From the human T2T-CHM13v2.0 reference genome, Homo sapiens, in assembly GCF_009914755.1 (NCBI RefSeq), contig NC_060933.1: a stretch of 64,000 bases of DNA. The stretch is one strand, 5' to 3'. Below, one piece after another: positions 13,545 to 26,441 of this stretch; the first letter of the stretch is position 1, and each line of letters starts with the position of its first letter. A program made the translations under genes and the position numbers. The notes beneath the pieces are model-generated. The model ran no database searches, was not told the origin of the DNA, and saw only the letters and a list, made by a program, of their open reading frames with translations.

Positions 13545-14225
13545 ATGGACGGCGATGGCGGCCGCCGAGACGTCCCCGGCACGCTGATGGAGCCCGGGCG
13601 CGGCGCGGGGCCCGCGGGCATGGCGGAGCCTCGGGCGAAGGCGGCGCGGCCGGGGCCCCAGCGCTTTCTGCGGCGCAGCGTGGTAGAGTCGGACCAGGAG
13701 GAGCCGCCGGGCTTGGAGGCAGCCGAGGCGCCGGGCCCGCAGCCCCCGCAGCCCCTGCAGCGCCGGGTGCTTCTGCTCTGCAAGACGCGCCGCCTCATCG
13801 CGGAGCGCGCTCGCGGACGCCCCGCCGCCCCCGCGCCCGCAGCGCTGGTAGCGCAGCCGGGAGCCCCCGGAGCCCCCGCGGACGCCGGCCCCGAGCCCGT
13901 GGGCACGCAGGAGCCCGGCCCGGACCCCATCGCAGCCGCTGTCGAAACCGCGCCTGCCCCCGACGGCGGCCCCAGGGAGGAGGCGGCGGCGACCGTGAGG
14001 AAGGAGGATGAGGGGGCGGCCGAGGCGAAGCCTGAGCCCGGGCGCACTCGCCGGGACGAGCCCGAAGAGGAGGAGGACGACGAGGACGACCTCAAGGCCG
14101 TGGCCACCTCTCTGGACGGCCGCTTCCTCAAGTTCGACATCGAGCTGGGCCGCGGTTCCTTCAAGACGGTCTACAAGGGGCTGGACACGGAGACCTGGGT
14201 GGAGGTGGCCTGGTGTGAGCTGCAG
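13545..14225 (+). CDS. WNK2: WNK lysine-deficient protein kinase 2, first coding exon (aa 1-227: Pro/Ala-rich N-terminus, acidic stretch, kinase subdomains I-II)
   Basis: Translation [20 protein letters not shown]...[57 protein letters not shown] hallmarks: Lys in the Gly-rich loop (GRGSFK, codon 14163-14165) and Cys instead of the usual subdomain II Lys (VAWC, 14214-14216). Acceptor ..cccacAG at 13541-13542; phase-0 donor CAG|GTGAGG at 14226. N-terminus recognised as WNK2 rather than WNK1/3/4. Confidence 0.96.
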
Positions 14226-17200
14226 GTGAGGGTGCCCCAGCCCGCAGGGGGCTTTCCGCAGGGTCTGTCCGCGAGTGCGTCCTTGGGCCTGTCCTTGCTC
14301 CTGCGCCTGGCCTTAAGAAGCCCTGGGGGCGGCGGGGCTCCATGTGTGTCACCCTCTGTGTGGATGGCTGGCAGGATGCGTACCAGGTGTGCGGACGGCA
14401 TGTGGGGCCTGGCTGTGTCCGTGCGCAGGTTGCGGTTTGTGAGTCAGCTGGTGGCGAGGGCAGGCCTCTGTTGTGCGTTTGGTGTAAGTGTGCACGCTGT
14501 GGGCGTAGAGAGGGCCCTGGAGAGTGGGCCTCGGAGGCTGTGTCTCTTAGGCTGCTGCTTCTCCAGTCCCGATGACCTACTTTAATGACCCAGGGAGTCT
14601 GGACTGTTGTGTCTTTGCAAAACAGTGTGGAGGCTTCAAGGCCCGGTGTGTGCAGTCAGAGTGTTTTGGGGGCTCTGGGCTGCCCATAAATTAGTACTTT
14701 CCTGTGTCCAGCAAGCCGTGGCTGCCCCAGCAGGGATACCTGCAGAGACTTCTTCTGACCCAGGGCCTGTGACCCAGAGGTGGTGCCTGGTAGAGCTCTG
14801 GGGACAGCTGGGCAAGGCCTGGAAGTGTGGTTAGTCGCCTCTGCTGCTCTGAGAGCTCCATTTGTTCACAAAATGGACGTGTGAGAGGTCTTAAAACCGA
14901 GTCATGCAGAATGCGTGTGGGGGTTTTTCTTGGCTGCAGAGGCTCTGGGCATGCATTTTTCATAATCCTGCCATCACCGTGGTGTCAGCCCCAGCCCTGC
15001 AAGATTATATAAACAGCCACCTTAGCTGTCCTGGGACAGCCTAGGAAGCAGAGGCCATGCCTGTCCAGGGGGTGTTTACAGGCCTCCCTCCTTGGAGGTG
15101 GGCAGCTGTCAGGCGTGAGCCAGTCTGGGAGAGTGCCGGCTGGAGGTGTAAGTGTACTCTGTTGGCCTGTAAAGTTAGCTGGCTGTCCAGTCCAGGCCTG
15201 AAACGGGGCTGGGGCTAGCTGGGGCAAGCTGTGTTCTGGGGCCGCTGGCCACACTGCGGGACTCTTGCATTTTTGACTCAGAAGTGGGATTCAATTGCTA
15301 TATCCTCCGGCCCCGACAGGGTGGCCTGCGTGTGTGTGCAAGCCTGGATAATTCGGTGGGTGTCGACCTGTCGTCAGCCTTTCTCCCAAGACAAAGAGCT
15401 CCAGAGACCTGCCTCTCCACCACCCCTTGGTTCTGCCTTGGAGATGTGGCTTTTCAAGTTAGGGGTCAGTGGCATTGTGTGAGGTCCTTAGGAGGGACTG
15501 AACAGCTCCCCTCCCTCATGGTCCTGTAGGTTCTGATGGTACAGGAAAGGCAGTGGGTGGGGCAGGGGGCTGTGATCTGGGGGTCCTGGGGTGTGCTGGG
15601 CATTCCTGCTGCAAGGGAAAGCAGAGAGAAGAGAGGGCCTGAAAGGGGAGACGACTCTTGATTCTGGCGAGCGGTCTTCCTGCTCTTGCCCTTCTGACCC
15701 GAGCACCCTCAGGTGCTGCCTCTGCAGGGTGGTGGATGGAACAGGGGTGCTGCAGTAGGCTGGATTTGAGTTAGACCTCGGCAGCCAGAGCCTGCTGATC
15801 TGGCTGAGGCATCGCAGGCGCATGTGACTCTTGGAGCTTGTTAGTTCCCATTCCCTTTAAGGAAACGCAGGCGATTCTGTCTCTGGGTCTGTCCCCTGCA
15901 GGCATGGGGTGGAGCCTGGCCTCTGTCCAGGGGTCTCTTGCTCCTTGACTCTAGGTGGGAACAGCAACCGAGAGGTGCTTCTGGTCTATATGCTTTTTGT
16001 CTATATGTTGATGTTCCTTGCCAGGATGTTACTGGTGCCCCAAACTTGTGGTTTCCCTGCATCTCCCCCAAAAGAAGTACCTCCAACATTTGTCCCTAGT
16101 CGATGTGTGTCATTTGGGATCAGCTCTCTCTGTGCTGATCTGAGAGGGTTTTCCATGAGAGGGAGTCTGGACCTGCTTAGAATAGCCCCCTTTGCTGAGA
16201 ACTTGGTGTGTGTTGGGGCTGTGCTGGAAGTCTCGTCATCACAAACTGTGAGGACTGAGGGGAACAACCCCCAAGGTCACCAGTGAGGAGATGGCAGGGC
16301 ATTGTGGGATCAGGGGAGGAGGGCCCCTGCCTGTGTGTAGAGTGGTGTAGGCTGACTTTGTGCAGAGCTATTGGAAGGACTGATGGGACTGCCTGTGTGA
16401 TGTCCTGGGTATGGGCCAGGGGCTGCTGGGCGTGTGGAACGGAAGAGGGTGGGGTGTAGGGCTGCAGGGAGATCAGGGGCTGTGGGAGGGGCGTTGGACT
16501 CTGCGAGGGGAGTGTGCTCCTGGGTGGGATGTGGGGTCAGGTCTCACTGAGCAGGGAAGGGTGACAGGTGGGTGCTCCTTCTCTAGGTGTGTTGGCTTTG
16601 TGTCGTGAGGGGCTCTCTTAGTCCACAGTGTGGAGATGCCATCCTGCACATGACCGCTAGCATTCTGGGCATGGGGAGGGTTCCTGGGAGTCACGCTTTA
16701 CACTGTAGAGGGAGGGTCTAGGGGGATGTTGCCTTCAGCCAGGAGCCCTTCTTGGAATTGCTCTTGGCCTCTATCCCTTTCTTCCCCTACTCCTGCAGCA
16801 CCTGCAGTCTGTCCAGGTGCCTGGGCTGTGTTCCCCTTTCTGCCCTCCACAGGCTGGGGGGCCTCCCTGGAGAACTGAGAGGCGCCAGTGGGGCTCACTT
16901 GTGTTTTTCAGGGTTCCCTGCCAGACGGGAGAAACGCCTTCATGTGGACCTAGTAAGCCTGGCTTAGAGGACATCTGATTTCCTTTGATAAATTAGTGTT
17001 GAAAGAACTCTGTAGAGAGGGTAATATTTATTTATCTCACATCGAAGGGCAGTGAGGTGTTTCACCTTCTGAATTCTCCAGATGTGCAAAGCTGGAACCT
17101 GCACTGTTTTTTGTGGGGGAAGCCATTTTAAAATACCTCCCTGTCATTCTTCTCTTGAATAAACTTTTATTCTTGGCAGCAGAACACATTATGGTAACAA

Positions 17201-19974
17201 GGAAGTAAAACACCAGAATCCCACCGCCTTCCTCCTTGCCCACATGTCCTGTGTTCCTGTGGTCATCTTTGGCCAGCCCTGGTTCCCCCACAGACCCCTG
17301 TACTGTCAGACAGGGTGCGGGGTAGCCTGGGGCTCCGTGTCGGCTCTGGGAGCGTCTGCCACCTGCCATAGCCGGCCCAGCTACCCTGGGGGTGCTGATC
17401 TGGGTCACTGGCCTGACCTTCTACAAGACCCTCCTCTAGGGGGTGGTGAGGCCACAATACAGCAACGGGGAGGTGCCTGGCGTGGTGCTGTGGCCACCCC
17501 TTGCTCTGCCACCTTCTGTTGGGTCAGCACAATCTTGTTCCCTTCTCCTTTTGGTGTTGAGCTTTTGTGACTTCCTTGCCCTTCTTGGCTACCCACGTTG
17601 CTGGACCAACACTGTTCCATGTGGCTCAGGGCTCCCACTCTCACTTGCTGCCACCTTTGAGCTGGCGACAGGTCCCCAGGTTGAGAAAACATAGCCAACT
17701 CAGACCCAGGGAGGCAGCCTGTTTGCCTTTCCCGGACCTTCCTGTTTCTGCTGTGTCTCCCTTGGGGACCTGGAGTAAGCTTGGTTTTCACCCCCTTTAA
17801 CAACACTGATGCCTCCCTGTCAGCAACTCCCTACTTTAGGGGACACAGGATCTTAGGATCTCAGTGCCACTGCCTCTGAGCTGCTGTGGCAGGGCTGGAA
17901 CCTGAGTTTCCCAAGATGGTGCTGGGGCCTGCACCCAGCATGGGGTCTTTCTACTTCATAGAGACGTACATTCCTTGATCCTCAGCTCAGAGCACTTGCT
18001 GGGCCCTGGGAGAGCGGTGGAGTCCTAAAGAGGACTAAGGGTGGGGGCGCTGCTTCTAGTTCCAGAAAGTTACAAAGTAGGTCTTGCTGCTGCTTGGTGC
18101 CGCCCAGAGGGGGCAGGGCTCAAGGAACGATGTGTCCTGCCCCAGCCGGGTGTCTCAGTGTCCTGTCCATCTTCCTGGGTCTGGGAGTGGATGATGCCAG
18201 AGGAGACTCGCTGAGTATGGCCTGTGCCAAGTGGGTGGTCCCCCCACCATCCTCCAAGGACAGCCCAGGTACCCGACAGCCTCTCTCCCAGCCGCTGGCA
18301 GCCCCGCCAGTGCCAGTGCTGAGCTGGCCCGTCATCCCGTGCAGGTGGGATCCTTATCACCTTTCTAGGCAGGCGTTCTGCATGTCATGGGCCACGCAGC
18401 CTTAGGCCAGGGTTTGGGGGACTGGAGAGCCTGCGTGCTTTGCCCCGATGGCCTCTCGTTAGAGGCCCGGCTGCCAGCCTCACCTGCTTTTAGCCCTGAC
18501 CCAGCTGAAATGGGGAGAAGAGGAGACGAGGGGGCGAGCCAGTGCCGGGCACAGAGGAGGTGCATGGCACTCACTTACTGGGGCAAGACAATCAGAAGGC
18601 TTGACCCGATTTGGCTGGTGGTCACCCCTTTTAAAAATTCTCTGAAGTGCTTAATTTTATTGGGAGAGTTGTAATTTGAAATCAGTTGGATGCCAGCACT
18701 GAATTTGCTTTCCTGGGCGAGATGTTTTCTGCACCATGCTGACCATGGTTTTGGTTTAGCTGGCAAAAAAGGCTGGCGCTAGCTCCCTGAAAGGCCTGTG
18801 CAGACGGACTTTCCCTCCCTCCCACCGGGGCAGAAATGTGGGCGCCAAGCTCTCAGTGGTGCTTCTGCCCCCCGAGTGGTGGTGGCGAGGTGTGTGTCAG
18901 CAGCGATGACAGACAGCAGCCTGTGCAGGTCACCGTCATGGGGGACACATTGAGGCTGAGGCACCACAGCTTGTTTTCTACTAGAAGCAGGTGCTCCTGT
19001 GGCTCAGTGGTGCCGTGTGGGCGCCTGGCTGAGCTGAATCAGGACCAGGCCACCATGGGACTCGAGCGTACCTGTGCTGCTTTCTGAGCCCCAGAGGGAG
19101 GACCCCAGCACTGGCTCAGATGTGTGGAGGGCCAGCCCCCACATGCCATTTGCCATTGCAAATGATTTGATTTGCCATTGCCAAAGCTTGTGTTTTCTCA
19201 TTTCTCGTCAGCATGTTAGGAGGTCTGCCAGGGCAGCTGGACATGCCCTCCCGCAGCACTGGAACCTTCCATGGTGGCAGAAACATCCTGCCTCTGCATT
19301 TGTGTCCACAGGCCCTGCGGAGTGCCTGGGATGTGGCTGGGGCAGCTGAGGGTCAGTGTTCTTATTTTTCCTCACATTAAACGTGGACGCAAATGTCCAC
19401 ACGTGCCCTGGCTGCTTCACGGGTCACCCGCGTCTCCAGGCTTGATCTTGGGCCCTCCTCTAGGCGGCTGCTTTTCCAGAGGATATAACAGACCCAGGTG
19501 ACCTAGAGGTGGCCACTGGGACACCAGACAGACCCAGATGGGGACAGTCTATAGACCATCTTACAGCAAGGGAGACAAAGGGGCCGGGACACATCAGGGC
19601 TGGAAGAGGCCAAGGAGGTGCAAGATGGGGCCTGCGCTGGAGACCCCCACGGAGGACTGGATTGGATTGGACTGTGAGAACCTAGACTTGGTGGCAGTGC
19701 CACGACTGTGTCAGGCTCTGGGAAGCAAGTGGCCACCAAGTCCAAGACAAGCTCCAGGTCAGCGGGAGGATCTCGTGGGCCCTGAGAGTTGCATCCCCCC
19801 ACCCTGTCCTGTCATTTCCGGGGACAGCTGGGGGCTTACTCTGAGGTTGCGTAAAGCTTTATTGATGGACAGCTAGCCAAAAGATAGCATCAAGAGAAGG
19901 GGAGGGAGCGGATGTTCCTGAAGGTTCCAGAGGCCTGTGCTTGGGTCTCAACAGTGCAGGCTTGTGTGTATGTT

Positions 19975-21270
19975 GACTCAGTGAGCATTTGTTGAACGTG
20001 TGTCCTGGTTCTAGACCTGGGGTACCATAGTGAGCAGGACAGGTCACCGCCCTGGGAGACAGAGCCTGTGAGACCTGGAAATGTATTGGGCAGGTTGGGG
20101 AGTTCTGAGCGAGGCTGGAGGAGGGGCGGGAGTGGAGTGAGGTTTTGACAGGATCTCTCTGGCCACCTTGGGGACAGTTGGGGATGAGGGTAGAGGCAGG
20201 GGACCAGCAGGGAGGTGACTGCCACTGTCTAGGTGAGAGATTACAGGGCTGGTACTGGGTGGGATAGAGGCGGGGAGGGGAGAAGCATCAGATTCTGGGT
20301 GCATTTGAAGGTGGAGAGCACAGGATTTACATCAGATCTGAAGGTAGAGAAGGTAGGAATCGTCCAGGCATGGTGACTCACGCCTGTAATCCCAGCACTT
20401 AGGTTGAGACGGGTGGATCATTTGAGGTCAAGAGTTTGAAACCAGCCTGGCCAACATGGTGAAACCTCGTCTCTACTAAAAATACAAAAAAATTAGCCAA
20501 GTATGGTGGCGGGCACCTGTAATCCCAGCTACTTGTAGGGCTGAGGCAGAAGAATCGCTTGAACCCAGGAGACAGGTTGCAGTGAGCTGAGATCATGCCA
20601 CTGCACTCCAACCTGGCGACAGAGCAAGACTCCGTCTCAAAAAAAAAAGGCCAGGCGTGGTGGCTCATGCCTGTAATCCCAGCACTTTGGGAGGCCGAGG
20701 TGGGCGGAACACGAGGTAAAGAGATTGAGGCCATCCTGGCCAACATGGTGAAACCCCGTCTGTACTAAAAATACAAAAATTAGCTGGGTGTGGTGGCAGG
20801 CACCTGTAGTCCCAGCTACTCGGGAGGCTGAGGCAAGAGAATCGCTTGAACCCAGGAGGCGGAGGTTGAGTGAGCCGAGATCGCACCACTGCACTCCAGC
20901 CCGGCGACAGAGCGAGACTCCGTCTCAAGAAAAAAAAAAAAGAGAGAGAGAGAAGGTAGGAATCATGGTGTGGCAGCAGCTTTGGGCCTGGCAGGATGTG
21001 GCTGCTGTCCTCTGAGGGGGAGGGGGAAATGTGGATTTAGGGGAAGGGCAGGCCTTGGCTTGGGACATGCTTAATCTGAGTGCTTTGTAGGTGGCCAAGG
21101 GTGGTCCTCGGGTGGAGTGGGATCTCCCAGGCTGATCCTGAGTTGGGAGCCTGGGTAGGCACCCCAGGAGTGCAGGGATGGGCCAGGACTGTGTCTCGGG
21201 GGGCCAAGAGGGAGGAGCTCATTACCCTGCCCAGAGGGGCTGCCCAGGACAGGAGGGTGCTCCAGGATGC
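19975..21270 (-). mobile_element. Degenerate L2 LINE fragments, interrupted by an Alu pair
   Basis: gagcatttgttgaac..gttctagacctggggtacca..gtgagcaggacag and gagaag..agattctgggtgcatttgaaggtggag are typical of antisense L2 3' regions. Confidence 0.45.
20362..20948 (+). mobile_element. Two tandem Alus (20362-20648, 20649-20948) inside one 16-bp TSD
   Basis: AGAGAAGGTAGGAATC at 20346-20361 and 20949-20964. Confidence 0.93.
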
Positions 21271-22484
21271 CAGAACTGTTTCAAAACATGATTCATACAA
21301 TGGGCAGCAGATTCCGAGTTTTAGGTGCTAAGACAAAATTGGGAACTGTGCTGCACCTTAAAGACAACTGTCCCTTCCCTTGGGAGTTACCCTTCTTCCC
21401 ACCCCTGGGCCCTGCTGGCCACCATGAGTCCACGGTTTGGGTGGAGCTGGCCAGTGGTCCTGGGCTGGCTGGACTTGCCCCTCACCTTCCAGGACAGCTG
21501 GGAGCTGCAGCCCTTCTATGCCCATAGTCATCTTGTAGGTGTCTCTCAGGGCCTGTGGCTTGGGTCTGGCTTCAGGCTGCAGCTGGAAGACACCCAAGGT
21601 GATGGCATGGAGCTTTAGGTCACCTCGTTGATGGAGAAGAACTTGACCTGGCCCAGCAGGGGTTTGGGCCGTGTGTCTGGGTCTCCCTTGTGGTCCGCCC
21701 TGGCTGTGCAGCCGTGATGGGGCATCAGCATCTGCTTGCTGTGGTGGGAAGGGGGGTTTGGGAGCCTCAAAGCCAGGAAGGACGTCGCCCCAAAGGTCCC
21801 AGCCGCACTGCCCTGGTGCATACAAAATACCCCAGGGGTAGGAGGGCCCTGCCATGTTCCCAGTGCGTGGCCATGGGAGGGCACCTGTTTCTGCGAGCCT
21901 CGGTTTACCCTTTTGTGCAGTGTGGATGGTGTTAGCTGCCCTTCATGGCTGGGGGCTCTATTGAGAGAAATGTGTTTCACCTGAGCACACAGGGGCCTCA
22001 GGTCAACCTCTTTTCACCCGTCTTGCTCCCCCTGCAAAATAAACAGTTGTCTCCAGTAGAGATGTGGAGAGCAAGCCGAGCCAGCAGGTGGAGGCTGGTT
22101 CCCGAGGCTGCCTGTCTCCCCGCCCGGGAGCTGTGGGCACCTGTGCCGCTGTTGCCTTAGTGCTTGAGCTGCAGATAAGGAAAAGGGTGTGAACGGCAGC
22201 AGCTGGGATTTTTGAAAAGCAAGCTAGGATCTGCCTCTGACCATAGACAATTCAGGGCTGTGTTTTGGGGAATCCCAGCTGGGTGGAGAGGACTGAGTGG
22301 GGACGCTGGAGGTTGGCAGCCTGAACACTGTCTGTAAGTTTTCCTGCTTCTGAGAGTTTTCACATCCAATTCTCTTCCCTGGAGCATTGAATTCTAAGCA
22401 TTTCCCAGAATACTTGATTACGACTTCTTATTTAAATTGGCTCTCATTAAATTATATTAACATTTTTTAAAAAGAATGAAAGAA

Positions 22485-24347
<1,863 letters not shown>

Positions 24348-26157
24348 TGTTGCTGAAAAAAAATATCAACCATAATCCAACCAGGTGAACACAACTGCTT
24401 TTATTTTTGAATAGGACCTTCTAGGTCTTGTTTACACATGTATAGCATTTAAAAATACAGCTGCAGTTCAGGGTGTCACGACTTCTAGAATCTGTCTCTG
24501 GAGTGTCTTTAAAGCTATTGTTTTGCAAGAGGCCATGGTTCTGAGGTTTGTTCCTGGTCTTGGTGCTATTTTGAACCCTTTGCTGAGGGTGGCTGCAGAA
24601 GAGGTGCTATCATTAGATGTGTTTGGGGAGTGGTGGGTCAGACAGGCATTGCTGTTGAGGAACTTCTCAGAGCCTTTACGATGCCCACTGTGTTGTGAAG
24701 CTCTTGAAGGGTGCGAGGGGGAAGGTGTTGGGCCACCTCCTTTTTTTCTTTCATTTTACAGTTATCTTATAAGCCAGGACTGGCTCTGGGGAGGGGCGTT
24801 AACAGGCTGACTGTTAGTGGAGGGTCACGGGCTCCCTCTGGTATTCACTCTCCCCAATCCGCCCCTCACCCCTGCTTTCTGGGCACTGTGCGTGCTTGCT
24901 CTCCGGTGGGGGAGATGGGACAATTCTCAGCTGTGGGCCGACTGTGGGAAGCAATGCTGACCTTTGATCCTACTCAGAATCTGGAATCTGGAGATGGCCA
25001 TGTGACAGCCCTGGAGGTGGCTCAGCAACATCAGCTGGGACATGGGGTTTTCTCTCTGTTTCTTCTGTCCTCATCCATGTTGGCATTTTGTCCCTAGTCT
25101 TGCTTGGCCTCATGGCTACAGTAGGGCTGCCACAGCTCCAGGCATCACAACCACATTTGATGGTGGGAAACAAATGGGTGGTTAGGTGGGGGCCAAGCAG
25201 CCAGAAGGTCCATTTTTCAAGTGGCTTTGTTCATATTTTAATCCATAAAGAGAAATATTTACCAGGGATTCTCTGGTCTCCTTGGTTAGCATGTGTTTGT
25301 GTGGCCAACTGTAACTGTGCTTGTATCTGGGAAAAGCTTGATTGGTGTAGCAGGTTATGATCTGTTCTCTGGGGCTGGGCATAGTGAGTTTCTGGGTTTC
25401 TGTTGGTCAGGAGGGGTGGCGGGCTGTGGGTGGAGCGTGCCTGCTGTGTCTGTCTTGGTTACCTTGTCCCTCCAAGACTGTCAGTGTCTGTGTGTGCTAG
25501 AGCCCTCCTCTGCCTGGGCCTGCAGAGAACAGCACAGCACACATGCCCGCTGCATCTGCAGGCTCCTCCCTGTCCACAGCTCCCACACCCAGGCATCTGT
25601 GGGCCCTGATGATTTTCCTTCCCTCCTGTGTGGCCACCCCAGCTCCCTACCCTCTGTGCCAACCCTGGCAAAGCTTTTTCCTCTCTGCCAACAATCCAGT
25701 TTTCATTTAGCCCCAACATTTTATTTTGGAAAACTTTGGAAAAACCAACAGAGAAGTTGGAGTTACCAGTTGTTAGTGTTTACCACTCTCCTGTATATCT
25801 GTGTCTGTGATTTCCTGACCCATTTGCAGTTCACCCCTGAGTACTTCAGCCTGTGTCTCTTGATAGGAACGAGGATGCTCCCACATCACCTCCACCCCCT
25901 GCCGTGCTCCAGGCACTCCAGGATAGGACCTGAGGCACTCAGTGAGGTCTCAGATGGGTGGACTGCACTTCCTAGGGAAGGGATCCAGGAGCCAGTCAAG
26001 GATCACGTGTTGTGTCTGGTTGTCATGTCAATTTCAATCCAGAACAGTCCCTCTGCCTTTTATTATTACTGTTCTTAAATCTGTCAGCATTGTCTTCTGA
26101 AGGTTTAGGGCCAGTGGTCTTGCATGGAGACTCCATCTGGATCTGTGTGGTGTTTCT

Positions 26158-26441
26158 TTTTTTTCTTGAGGGAGTCTTGCTCTGTCTGCTAGACTGGAGT
26201 GCAGTGGTGTGATCTTGGCTCACTGGAACCCTCTTGGGTTCAAGCGATTCTCCTGCCTCAGCCTCCCGAGTAGCTGGGATTTATAGGTGTACACCACCAT
26301 GCCCAGCTAAGTTTTGTATTTGTAGTAGAGACGGGGTTTCACCATCTTGCCCAAGTTGGTCTCGAACTCCTGACCTCAGGTGATCTGCCTGCCTCGGCCT
26401 CCCAAAGTGCTAGGATTATAGGCATGAGCCACTGCCCGGCC
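26158..26441 (-). mobile_element. Alu SINE
   Basis: Antisense Alu flanked by a 15-bp TSD CTGTGTGGTGTTTCT (26143-26157, 26442-26456). Confidence 0.93.

Larger units (their letters stand above)
12400..14480. promoter_or_regulatory. CpG island / TATA-less promoter of WNK2
   Basis: Very high GC and CpG density (e.g. ggccgcgcgcgcccgcc) against CpG-depleted flanks; spans exon 1, intron 1 and the first coding exon. Confidence 0.9.

Noticed and set aside
12271-14164. Long antisense and alternative-frame ORFs over the CpG island (290, 274, 214, 303 aa)
   Set aside because: Stop-codon scarcity at very high GC; Arg/Gly/Pro/Ala-rich, no recognisable domains, mostly non-ATG starts.
14226-14585. C-terminal 119 aa of the 363-aa ORF 13494-14585 (and its 17-aa N-terminal extension)
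   Set aside because: Kinase similarity stops at the CAG|GTGAGG donor and resumes at 59089; the extensions are intronic read-through in GC-rich DNA.
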